From Podarcis gaigeae (taxonomy: Eukaryota), in the NCBI GenBank assembly GCA_964106915.2, contig OZ066919.1: a stretch of 64,000 bases of DNA; one strand, given 5' to 3'. The translations under genes were made by a program, and so were the position numbers. The stretch's first letter is position 1. Each line of letters opens with the position of its first letter. A model generated the notes under the pieces. The model saw nothing but the letters and a program-made list of their open reading frames with translations, was not told the origin of the DNA and did no database searches. Positions 12,501-20,788 of the stretch are shown here, in pieces.

Positions 12501-13499
12501 TCAGAAATTGCTAGGAGCGCATGGTGATGGCTCCACTTATCCTAAACAGAGCAAGCTGAGGAATGTGCTTCCCCAGCTCTAAATTGATGTTGCTTGATAG
12601 ACAGTGTGGTACAGTAACTATAGTGTTGAACTTGGACCTCATAAATACATGTTCAGATCCTTGCTATGAACCATACAGTGTAGTCTTGGACAAGTCACTG
12701 GGTCTCAGCCTTAAACCTATTTTCTACAGTGGAACCTCAGTTTTTGAGCATCTTGGAAGCTGAATGATTTGGAACACAAACACAGAAAACCTGGAAGTGA
12801 TTGATTCTGTTTTCAAATGCGCCTTGGAAGTTGAACTGCTTTCTGCTGCATGTTTTTCCATTTTTTCAATGGATTTTGCTGACCATCCATTGATATTCAG
12901 TTTTTGAACGTTTTGGAAGTCAAACAGTCTTCTGAAACGGATTACGTTCGAAAACCGAGGTTCCATTGTACTAGAGTGACCATAAAGGATATGATGGAGT
13001 CACTCCATACTTCTTCATAGAAGGTTGGAATAGAAATGTGAGATATTATTGATGTCTGTGTCTGCTGGGAAGTCCCTTTGCATCTCATCCCTAGCAGTTG
13101 TATTTCTGCCAAATCTGCCAAATGGGATCTGCCAAATGGGATGACATAATGCTGGACTGCCTGTATAACACTGTAGGGCATTTTCATTGTGAGGGTATGA
13201 CTGGAGCTCTTCTGCTCCTTTAGCTGATTGTTTGCTTCATGACTTTTGCAGATCTGGATGCCCGTCCTTGGGACTTCCAGGCTGAGGAGTGTGCTCTGCG
13301 TGCCAGCATAGAGCGTTTCAACTCTCGCCGTTACGACCGAGCACATAACAATCCTGATTTTCTACCTGTGGATAACTGTTTGCAGAGTGTTCTGGGCCAG
13401 CGCGTAGAACTGCCTGAAGATTTCCAAATGAATTATGACTTGTGGCTGGAAAGGGAAGTTTTTTCTAGACCCATCTGTTGGGAAGAATTGCTCCAATGA
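378..13499 (+). CDS. STRIP1: STRIP1 (FAM40A, striatin-interacting protein 1), 5'-truncated by the window edge; 18 coding exons, ~729 codons plus stop
   Basis: Spliced exons 378-512, 2385-2505, 3348-3416, 4774-4880, 5243-5370, 7492-7674, 7786-8003, 8341-8406, 8759-8822, 8991-9062, 9482-9556, 9825-9922, 10808-10934, 11044-11144, 11741-11807, 11933-12037, 12177-12381, 13252-13499. All introns are GT-AG and phases are consistent. The translation closely follows recalled vertebrate STRIP1 (DKKWTELD...WEELLQ*). Confidence 0.97.
1105..2030 (-). mobile_element. L2-clade LINE 3' fragment (decayed)
   Basis: The minus strand near 1890-1970 reads [26 protein letters not shown], resembling the post-RT-core W..NKLKLNPxKTE motif of L2/CR1 LINEs. 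A homologous copy lies at ~28870-29290. Ends approximate. Confidence 0.7.
2385..2505 (+). CDS. STRIP1: STRIP1 coding exon ([40 protein letters not shown])
   Basis: gcag| acceptor, |gtgagt donor; not in the ORF track, read manually. Confidence 0.95.
3348..3416 (+). CDS. STRIP1: STRIP1 coding exon ([22 protein letters not shown])
   Basis: ctctcag| acceptor, |gtgagg donor. Confidence 0.95.
3619..3928. mobile_element. hAT-like non-autonomous DNA transposon
   Basis: Termini CAGGGGTGG...CCCATCCCTG are imperfect inverted repeats; TSD degraded. Confidence 0.5.
4117..4358. mobile_element. Tc1/mariner (pogo/Tigger-like) MITE
   Basis: TIR CAGTGGTACCTC...GAGGTACCACTG, TA target duplication (4115-16, 4359-60), internal (CTTCAGGTTA)-type repeats. 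Confidence 0.85.
4774..4880 (+). CDS. STRIP1: STRIP1 coding exon ([35 protein letters not shown])
   Basis: ttttgcag| acceptor, |gtaagg donor. Confidence 0.95.
5243..5370 (+). CDS. STRIP1: STRIP1 coding exon ([42 protein letters not shown])
   Basis: tttcag| acceptor, |gtaaga donor. Confidence 0.95.
6972..7176. mobile_element. Tc1/mariner (pogo/Tigger-like) MITE
   Basis: TA|CAGTGGTACCT...AGGTACCACTG|TA. Confidence 0.8.
7492..7674 (+). CDS. STRIP1: STRIP1 coding exon ([10 protein letters not shown]...KRGRREHK)
   Basis: ccgtag| acceptor, |gtaagt donor. Confidence 0.95.
7786..8003 (+). CDS. STRIP1: STRIP1 coding exon ([16 protein letters not shown]...KGLPWAPKV)
   Basis: ttccag| acceptor, |gtgagc donor. 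Confidence 0.95.
8341..8406 (+). CDS. STRIP1: STRIP1 coding exon ([21 protein letters not shown])
   Basis: cttcag| acceptor, |gtgagt donor. Confidence 0.94.
8759..8822 (+). CDS. STRIP1: STRIP1 coding exon ([21 protein letters not shown])
   Basis: ctctag| acceptor, |gtgagt donor. Confidence 0.94.
8991..9062 (+). CDS. STRIP1: STRIP1 coding exon ([24 protein letters not shown])
   Basis: ttatag| acceptor, |gtaagt donor. Confidence 0.94.
9482..9556 (+). CDS. STRIP1: STRIP1 coding exon ([25 protein letters not shown])
   Basis: aataaag| (AAG) acceptor, |gtgagt donor. Confidence 0.92.
9825..9922 (+). CDS. STRIP1: STRIP1 coding exon ([32 protein letters not shown])
   Basis: ccacag| acceptor, |gtgagt donor. 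Confidence 0.95.
10808..10934 (+). CDS. STRIP1: STRIP1 coding exon ([18 protein letters not shown]...KLNHVYQ)
   Basis: ttccag| acceptor, |gtaagc donor. Confidence 0.95.
11044..11144 (+). CDS. STRIP1: STRIP1 coding exon ([33 protein letters not shown])
   Basis: ctccag| acceptor, |gtaggt donor. Confidence 0.95.
11741..11807 (+). CDS. STRIP1: STRIP1 coding exon ([22 protein letters not shown])
   Basis: ttttag| acceptor, |gtgagc donor. Confidence 0.95.
11933..12037 (+). CDS. STRIP1: STRIP1 coding exon ([35 protein letters not shown])
   Basis: ctatag| acceptor, |gtgagt donor. Confidence 0.95.
12177..12381 (+). CDS. STRIP1: STRIP1 coding exon ([19 protein letters not shown]...[10 protein letters not shown])
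   Basis: tctcag| acceptor, |gtatgt donor. Confidence 0.96.
12727..12968. mobile_element. Tc1/mariner (pogo/Tigger-like) MITE
   Basis: TA|CAGTGGAACCTCAGTTTT...AAAACCGAGGTTCCATTG|TA. Confidence 0.8.
13252..13499 (+). CDS. STRIP1: STRIP1 terminal coding exon ([13 protein letters not shown]...ICWEELLQ*)
   Basis: ttgcag| acceptor, TGA at 13497-13499. Confidence 0.96.
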
Positions 13500-16296
13500 C
13501 GTTTGAGAAGAGGGAATCGGAGCTAGTACATGTGCCCAAGGACAAGGCAGCTTCTCTTTGGTCAACAGGGCATAGAGAGAAGAGATAAAACTGGTTTTTC
13601 ATATGGCTTGTAATCTGCAGTTCTTTCCTTCTCCTCCAGGTGGCGGCACGGATTTATACTGCTCTCAAGGTCCTAGCAAATATGGCTTTCCTACATCTTT
13701 TGGGCTGCTTCAATTACTGATTGGTTTAGAAGGTGCTAAATGGATTCAGAGTAGTTCACTTTGAGACTCAGATCAATTGAAAAACGCTGAGCAAAATACC
13801 AGTGTCAGCTTTGATTGCTATTCACGTGATCCTTGTTGGGCTTCTGTCCTTTGACATTGGCCAGCTGTTCTGTTCCAAAAGTAGTATGGCAGCTTTTTTC
13901 TGCTATGACCCCACTCTTATCCCAAAAGGACAGAACCCTTTCTCTGTTAGCTGCTAGGATGGAAAACAGTGGTGTGAATGAAAGGAGAAAAGATAGGTGG
14001 TGCATACAGTTGTCCATACTAATAGGAAAAGGAGCTATCTGGAGTCCCATCTAGTGCATGTAGGGACCTTGTATAATTGAGAGGATCGGGAGCAGGGAAT
14101 AGGATGTGTTCATAGCAGCTGCTTCCACTCTCATCTGGTGGCCCTTCATAGGGAAGGCAATTTAACTGGATCAGGGATGTTACCTTCTTTTGTTCCTGTA
14201 GTGGCACCAAACATCTAAACAACTGCTGATCATGTCCCAGTATAATTGAATATTAATATCTATTTCTTTCCATTGAGCAATCTTCTGTTTTGAAGGCTTC
14301 ACCAGGGAAAGAGAAACTCTTGACATTTTCCCATTTCCATCAATGTGCCATTCTTTCTTCCTTCGTTTGCTTGAAAGCCTCAATTTTTGAATATCTTTGC
14401 TGCACAGATGTGCATGCCAATGTAGTTTGCTTAATTTGACCCCTTGCCAGGGCACCTTGTTTGTGCCTGCGCTTCTTGGTTAAATGTCGCATAATCCTAG
14501 TCTCCTCAGTCTGGATGTTGGTGACCCAGGCAAGTAACTCATCCTACCTTGATGCTCCACCCCAGTCTAGTTCACATAAACAGAAGATGAAGTGGCAAGC
14601 CTGTGTCTGGACTTTCCCACTGCAAGTCACACCCACAGCCATCTGGAATAGTACTGTCAGTCCAGACAAACGTCTGCCACTTCCAATGATGTTTTGTATG
14701 AACCTAGTCTCTGGGTTCCTGCAAACCAGGACTGTGAATGTGGTAGAAGTAAAGGCATTTACTTTAAGTAGATAAGTGAACCTGACACTAAAATAGGTGC
14801 TTTCACTTCCCTAGGAGATGGTATCTGCTCTGAGAAGACTCACAACCAAATCCAAGTGTAGCCTGTTGTATTTATAAACATTCAGGAACAGGCAAGTACA
14901 GTAGGTCATCACCAGGTGCAATACAGTAGAATGCATTTTCCTATTTGTTTGTTTGTGCTTTGTAGTCTGATTATATGCTCAGGCTACAATTCTAACATAT
15001 TTGGAAGAGAGCCCCATTGAACAGACCGCCTGAGTAAATATGTTTAGGTCTGGGGTGCCATTAAAATGCTACTGTGGGAGTGGGTGGGACTGCTCCAGCA
15101 CTCCACATTGAGCCTCGATTACTTGTCCCCAAACACTCCCAGCTGTTTAACTTTCATCACTGAGGTTACAGAGTGTCTCTCAGGCAGACAGCAGCAGGGA
15201 CCAAGACACAGTGTCAGCGTAGAATAAGAATCAAGTTTTAGCAAAGCCAATTCATTTGTTTTGAGCAAATGTCACCAGGCAGACATTTGCTCACAAATTG
15301 TAACGTAGCTACAGATGGGGCTCCAAGCTTCTTCAAGGTGTAACATACTGAGACCGTAGGGCTCCCCCTTCCCCATCTCTGCATTGTTAACAGTGTGATG
15401 GTGACATGATCATGCAACAGAAGCACATGGTCGCATAAAAGAATGAACAAGCATTAAAAACAACAAAATGCCTATCAACTTACAGTGGCTACTTTTGTGT
15501 ATGAATCCTGAGATCCGTATGTATCTCCTGGAAAGAAATCCAGACAATTTCTGCTCACTGGAAATTAGGGACTTCAATGGGTGTGTACAGCATCTTTCTG
15601 GCTTTGCCCTCCTACTCAGACTTCATAGAGCCTGGTGGCAAAATTAGCACCTGGGTGGTAAAATTAGCACTCTTGACAGATGCAGCAGATAAATAACTCT
15701 TCTTCCCTGGGTTCAGTCAACCTGTCTCTTGGCTTATACCTCAGCTATCTCAATTCCTCTATACCATAATGGGAGATAGAACTGGAGACATGGGGGCGAA
15801 GACCTGATTAGCCTTCCTAGGTTGAATTGGGAGTATTTGGGGGAGGCCTGGTTGCATGGGGGTTCCTTCATATGTACTTGCTCAGCTTATCTGTAAAATT
15901 TCTAATACCGGCAAACATCTGGCCATTTTTACCTTCTGGAGCACTACACTATTGAATTTTGTGTTTACGTTACAGTGACAATGAAATCCAGCTATTATGG
16001 ATTAATTATTCTGTGAGCACTTGCTGGTCTGTGACACTGCTGCTGGGGACAGCTGCATGATGGGGACAGACTGCAAATTTGAAAGCTGCCTTCCTCTCCC
16101 CCACAAGTGCATTGATGTCTGTGGATGGAGAGGAAGGATACTTGCATTTTCCTTGGTCATTTCAAGCAATCTGGGTTATGTACTACAGAAATGAACCAGG
16201 AATGTAGGCAGTTAAGATCCCTTCCAGCACAGTCCCCTGGCAGTAGTAGATTTGTTCACTACTTAAAGTTTTAATAGAAGACTTAACCTGGTAGAA

Positions 16297-16532
16297 GAGA
16301 GCTTTCCAAAATTTTTATATTGGCGACACCCTTTTTAAACAGGTACCACTTTGCGATGTAGTAAATTCATTTTGCATCATTTCACAACACAGTAATTGTT
16401 TTACTAGCAAACCAGAGGTTAAACTTAACCTCTTTTTAGCCTTGGGAACAGCGTGGGGAGCATTCATGTGATATGCCGACACACTGCAGCCGACACACTG
16501 ATGTGTCGCAACACACAGTTTGGAAAGCTCTG
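16297..16532. mobile_element. hAT-like MITE
   Basis: TIR AGAGCTTTCCAAA...TTTGGAAAGCTCT; flanks TGGTAGAA / TGGTAAAG resemble a decayed 8-bp TSD. Confidence 0.6.
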
Positions 16533-16648
16533 TGGTAAAGTAAGGAATTGCAAACTGTGGACAGTATCCAGCTAACATGTCCCATCATCACCAGGATTTA
16601 TACTTACCCCCTGCACATGCCCTGAAGGGGTTGCAGGAACCCCTAGAA

Positions 16649-16784
16649 AAGGCTTCCTCAACCTCGGCCCTCCAGATGTTTTGAGACTACAATTCCCATA
16701 ATCCGTGACCACTGGTCCTGCTAGCTAGGGGTCATGGGAGTTGTAGGCAAAAAACATCTGGACGGCCGAGGTTGAGGAAGCCTG
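16649..16784. mobile_element. Palindromic hAT-type MITE with 8-bp TSD
   Basis: TIR AGGCTTCCTCAACCTCGGCC...GGCCGAGGTTGAGGAAGCCT, perfect TSD CCCTAGAA (16641-48, 16785-92). Related decayed copies at ~21241-21365, ~24867-25004, ~40877-40984, ~50219-50339, ~62490-62628. Confidence 0.85.
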
Positions 16785-17584
16785 CCCTAGAACATATTTA
16801 AGGGACACACAAGGGGGGGAGAGGGGAGATCCGATTGTGCCAAGTGGAAATCCTTGTGCTGGAGGGTTATGTTACTCATTTACTCCTACTTACTCCTCAA
16901 AACAAACAACACACCAACAACACCTCAGGGCATCTCAACAGAAATAATTTTAAATGGCAATGAACAGTTTTATGCCTTTTCTGTGTGATCTCTAATCTTT
17001 CTGAAATGTGTCTAGCAGAATTGCTCTAATAGTGTACAAAGTTAAATTCTTGCTAAGCTGCTCAGACTATGGTTTTCCTTGTTGAAAAACAAGAAGAGTC
17101 TCATAGCAGTGTAAATAGATAAGAAGAAAGAGTTCCCCTTTCTGGAAATGAGACAGCGAGTTTATTCTATTTATTATGAAGATTTATGTTCTACCTTTTT
17201 ACAAAATACCTAAGTTAACGTACTATCAAGATAAAAATACACCATAACACAAGAGAATGGGCAATCACAAGTGGGGAGAGTGCTCTTTGACTCATGTCCT
17301 GCTTGTGGGCTTCCCATAGGTATTTAGTTGGTCACTATGAGAACAAGACGATGGAATGAAGAGCTTTGGGCCTGATCGAACAGGGCTCTCCTTACGTTCT
17401 TAATATCCTATGGATCCTGCCCCTCAGTTGCTTTGTTTTCTACAAAGGCAAAGGCCCAGAGATTATGTATTGATGACTGGAATTCATAAGCAGTTTTTGA
17501 GAGATGAATTGATTCATCTCATAATACTTGGAGTGCAGACAAGGCACACTCAGGCTGCTCCTTTGGCCCAGAGGCAGCTCATCA

Positions 17585-17858
17585 GCATTTTAGTGCACAT
17601 TTCTCCAGATGTAGTGTTTTGTGTGCAACATTCCCCAGTATACACATTTTTGTATGCTCATTTCACTAACATAGTGCGTTTCTATGCACACTTTCTCCTA
17701 ATGTTTATATATTTTGGCACACATCATTTCACTGCTTGCAAAATGCAGAGAAGCGTGAATTTCAAAGAATATCGATTTCAGTTTGTGCTGTATCAGGAAG
17801 TGCAGATTAAGGAGTAATCATATCAAAGTACAATCTGAATTGAAATTATCCCCCATCC
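17585..17858. repeat. Interspersed repeat (probably DNA-transposon derived)
   Basis: Similar sequence recurs at ~27085-27515 and ~63380-63560, including a shared ...TCCCCCATCC end; family not identified. Confidence 0.45.
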
Positions 17859-17916
17859 AAACTTCCCCCCTTTGTTCAACTGCTAAAGTTCACAGTGACC
17901 GGCCGTGGTAGAATTG

Positions 17917-17943
17917 TGACATCAGAGGAAAATCAGCCAATCG
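17917..17943 (+). promoter_or_regulatory. Candidate UBL4B proximal promoter: CRE variant and CCAAT box
   Basis: TGACATCA at 17917-17924 and AGCCAATCG at 17935-17943, 75-100 nt upstream of the ATG. Confidence 0.5.
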
Positions 17944-18017
17944 CTGCCTTCCTTTTTTGTCCCTTCGCATTCGCTCATTCAGGCAGGGCTTGATTTACTG
18001 GCCCATTGAACAAGGCA

Positions 18018-18590
18018 ATGCTGCTCACAGTGAAGAGGCTGCTTGGGCAGCAGTGCCGCCTTCAGGTATCTGGTGAGGAGAGGATCTCTCTGGTGAAAAG
18101 CCTGGTGTGTGAAGAGCTCAATGTCCCTGAGAACCAGCAGACCCTGTTGTTCCAGGGGAAAGTGCTGGAGGGGGAGCACAAATTATCAGACTATCTCATT
18201 GGCCCAGAGTCCATCCTCTATCTGGTCATTAAAAAACCTGAGCAAGCTCATCCCGAGGAGCCCTCAAAGCCGACGGCTGCCCAGCCCCACTCAGTGTGGT
18301 ATCGACTCTCGCAAGTCCTGGAGAAACATTTCAGAACTTCCGACGCAGTGAGGGTTCTCGAGCGGGTGCTGAACGACTACTACAAAGGCCTTGGCTTGCT
18401 GAGCCTGGAAAACATCGAAGAGTTAGCAGAGGACCTCCTAAGTCCTGAGGAAGGTGAAGGTGAACCGGTGGCTACAGGTGAGCAAAAGGGGCACCCCACA
18501 GCCCCAGTGTCTGAATCCAGGAAGGATAAAGCGACCCAGACTGAGCCACAAGAAATGCTAGGAGGAAGGTGGTGCTGGAAGAACTCTTGA
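18018..18590 (+). CDS. UBL4B: Ubiquitin-like protein 4B, intronless retrogene, 190 aa
   Basis: ATG at 18018 (GCAATGC). N-terminal ubiquitin-like domain MLLTVKRLLGQQCRLQVSGEE...LSDYLIGPES, without a C-terminal di-Gly. TUGS/BAG6-binding-like domain VWYRLSQVLEKHF...LENIEELAEDLL. Single exon, syntenic upstream of SLC6A17, ATTAAA at 18621-26. Confidence 0.9.
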   Translation: MLLTVKRLLGQQCRLQVSGEERISLVKSLVCEELNVPENQQTLLFQGKVLEGEHKLSDYLIGPESILYLVIKKPEQAHPEEPSKPTAAQPHSVWYRLSQVLEKHFRTSDAVRVLERVLNDYYKGLGLLSLENIEELAEDLLSPEEGEGEPVATGEQKGHPTAPVSESRKDKATQTEPQEMLGGRWCWKNS

Positions 18591-20004
18591 GTAGACTTAT
18601 TTAGAGAGATCTAAGCGAAAATTAAAATAGTGATGGAGTATGGAACATGGAGCTGTGTCTTTATGTACCAAGGAGGAAGGAGGTTTAGTAAATGAAGATG
18701 ACCATTTTTAAAAGGACCAGAGCTTCAGTTGGTATTGAAACTAGTGCTGTGCCAGATTTTTCACAGGCAAACAGTTTTGGCATGAAAGGGAAGGCTAAAA
18801 GTTCATTGAACAGCCCCTGAATGTGTTTACCCTTACTGACTGCTGCTTTGGTCAGGCATCTCATTTCTGGCTGTGTGATCCCAGGTAACTGGCTGCCTTG
18901 TTCCTAGTGTGGTGATGTCATGGCACCACACAGCAAATCAGAGCTGGCGATGTCCAATTTTCCCAAGGCCAAATGAAGCCGTAATTTACACTCACTCTTG
19001 AGTGAAGGAAGCCTGCATTGCCTCAGTGCTCCCTGTGTTATCATACTGCACTGGCCATTTAATTGTCTGACAGAACAGCAAGGCAGGATGCATCAGCACC
19101 ATTGTCTTGGCAGCAGGTTGATATGTTCTGTCTTCTCCCACAAATAGGTTTTTTTTTTTGGGGGGGGGGGAGCCACACCCTGAAAAATCACCATAAGTGG
19201 GGCATTCTGAGGGAGGTGCAAAAAGACCTATGAAAACAGTCTCCCCGTTTCAGACCTGCCTCTATCATAGGTTTATCTCCTCCACCGCTACCATCAAACT
19301 AGGCTTGTATCCAGGTACATGTAAGGCAGCATGTGCTTTACTGATACATGGTCCTTGGTTCCATCTTTGGCATGGCTATTTAAAATACTGGTGTCCAAAC
19401 AGTGGAAGATCTCCAGCAAGACTACATGAACCGGTTGAGCCTGAAAGCCCTGGTTGAGATGGACAATTGTCCTTGTACACCCTCTCTCTGTACATTGAAT
19501 CAAACATCATTTTCTCAAAGTCAGTGTGTCATATAGGAGCATATGGCTGGCTGGCTTCCCAGGACCACAGGCAGGAATTCAAGCATTTCTGTGGCAGCTT
19601 CCCAATTTTGTGCTGGAGCTGAAGCAAACAGTTGAAGAACCATTCCCAGGATCCATTTTACATGTTTCCCCCAGCAAATGTATTGGATTCTGCATGAAAA
19701 GTGACTGTTCCCCTACCTCCAAGTAGAGCTATTCCACTCCACTTCCCAAGAAAGCAGTCTCCCAATTAGTAGTGGGTTGTTGTTTCTTCACATATACTAA
19801 GCTGGTATCAGCAAGCTGCTTCTGAAATGCTCGTTTTGACATGGTTCCCAGCTTGTCATTGCGTTCCTCCACTGAGTTAACTACCCAAGAACTCAGCAGA
19901 AGTGAAGGAATGTTTTCAGAACTGGAGATTAAAACTGACATTTCACTACAGAGGTAGTGGGGCAATTAAAGCACCAGACTTGTGAAGAGTGCTACACCCT
20001 GCTG

Positions 20005-20345
20005 TGGAGATGAGATCACTGTCTTCAAACATCTAAAAGGTTGCCATGCAGAGAGTGGAACAGACTTATTCTCTGCTGCTCCAGAGGGCAGGACCAGAGC
20101 CAATGGGTGGAAATTGCAGCGAAGCCGATCTTGCATAAAAATGAGGAGAAACACCCTAACAGTAAGCGCTGTTCAACAATGGAACAGACTGCCTCAAGAA
20201 GTGGGCGGCTGGCTATCTTTTGTGAGAGGAATTTGAGCAGGGCCTGGATCTCTCATGGATGCTGTAATTGCATCCTGAATTATGGACGTTACATTGAGGC
20301 AACAGGTTGGACTCGATGACCTAAGGTCTCGTCTGACTTTTTGAT
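20005..20345 (+). mobile_element. CR1 LINE 3' end fragment
   Basis: Encodes ITVFKHLKGCH...LFSAAPEGRTRANGWKL...WNRLP, typical of the CR1 ORF2 C-terminus, followed by a GGTTGGACTCGATGACC tail. Confidence 0.8.
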
Positions 20346-20702
20346 TCACATGCACATGACATCAAATTGTCTCATGGGGAGGGACATACTTTAAACATAA
20401 AACCCTACAAATGTTAAAATGGTATCTTCATGCCACCACATCTCTTGTCAGCCAAAGCCAACCTTTTTTTTAAAAAAAGAGTTTTACATTGCTTTTGGGC
20501 TATATTCACGTAAGGGGAAGGATATTCCACAGCTGAGAGATAGACATGGAGAATACCTCCTTGTCTCCTTGCAGTTCTTACCTGGCATATATATGGTAAA
20601 TTTAGTCCATCTTAGAAAGTGTGATGGACCATAATTAGAGCCAGGCTCAGGTATAGATGTTGAATCAAAGGTGTAATATGTGCCAGCAGCTCCAATAGAG
20701 TC

Positions 20703-20788
20703 TGTTGGAAGCCGCCCAGAGTGGCTGGGGAAACCCAGCCAGATGGGCGGGGTACAAATAATAAATTATTATTATTATTATTATTATT
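20703..20788 (+). mobile_element. Short retroelement 3' tail ending in (ATT)n
   Basis: CCAGAGTGGCTGGGGAAACCCAGCCAGATGGGCGGGGTA...(ATT)n; second copy at ~61333-61399. Confidence 0.65.

Noticed and set aside
17410-17817. 135-aa ORF upstream of UBL4B
   Set aside because: Its second half runs through an interspersed repeat that recurs at ~27.1 kb and ~63.4 kb; no domain recognised.
18006-18017. TTG-initiated N-terminal extension of UBL4B in the ORF track
   Set aside because: The ATG at 18018 matches the UBL4 family start (MxLTVK); a TTG start is a bacterial-code artefact.
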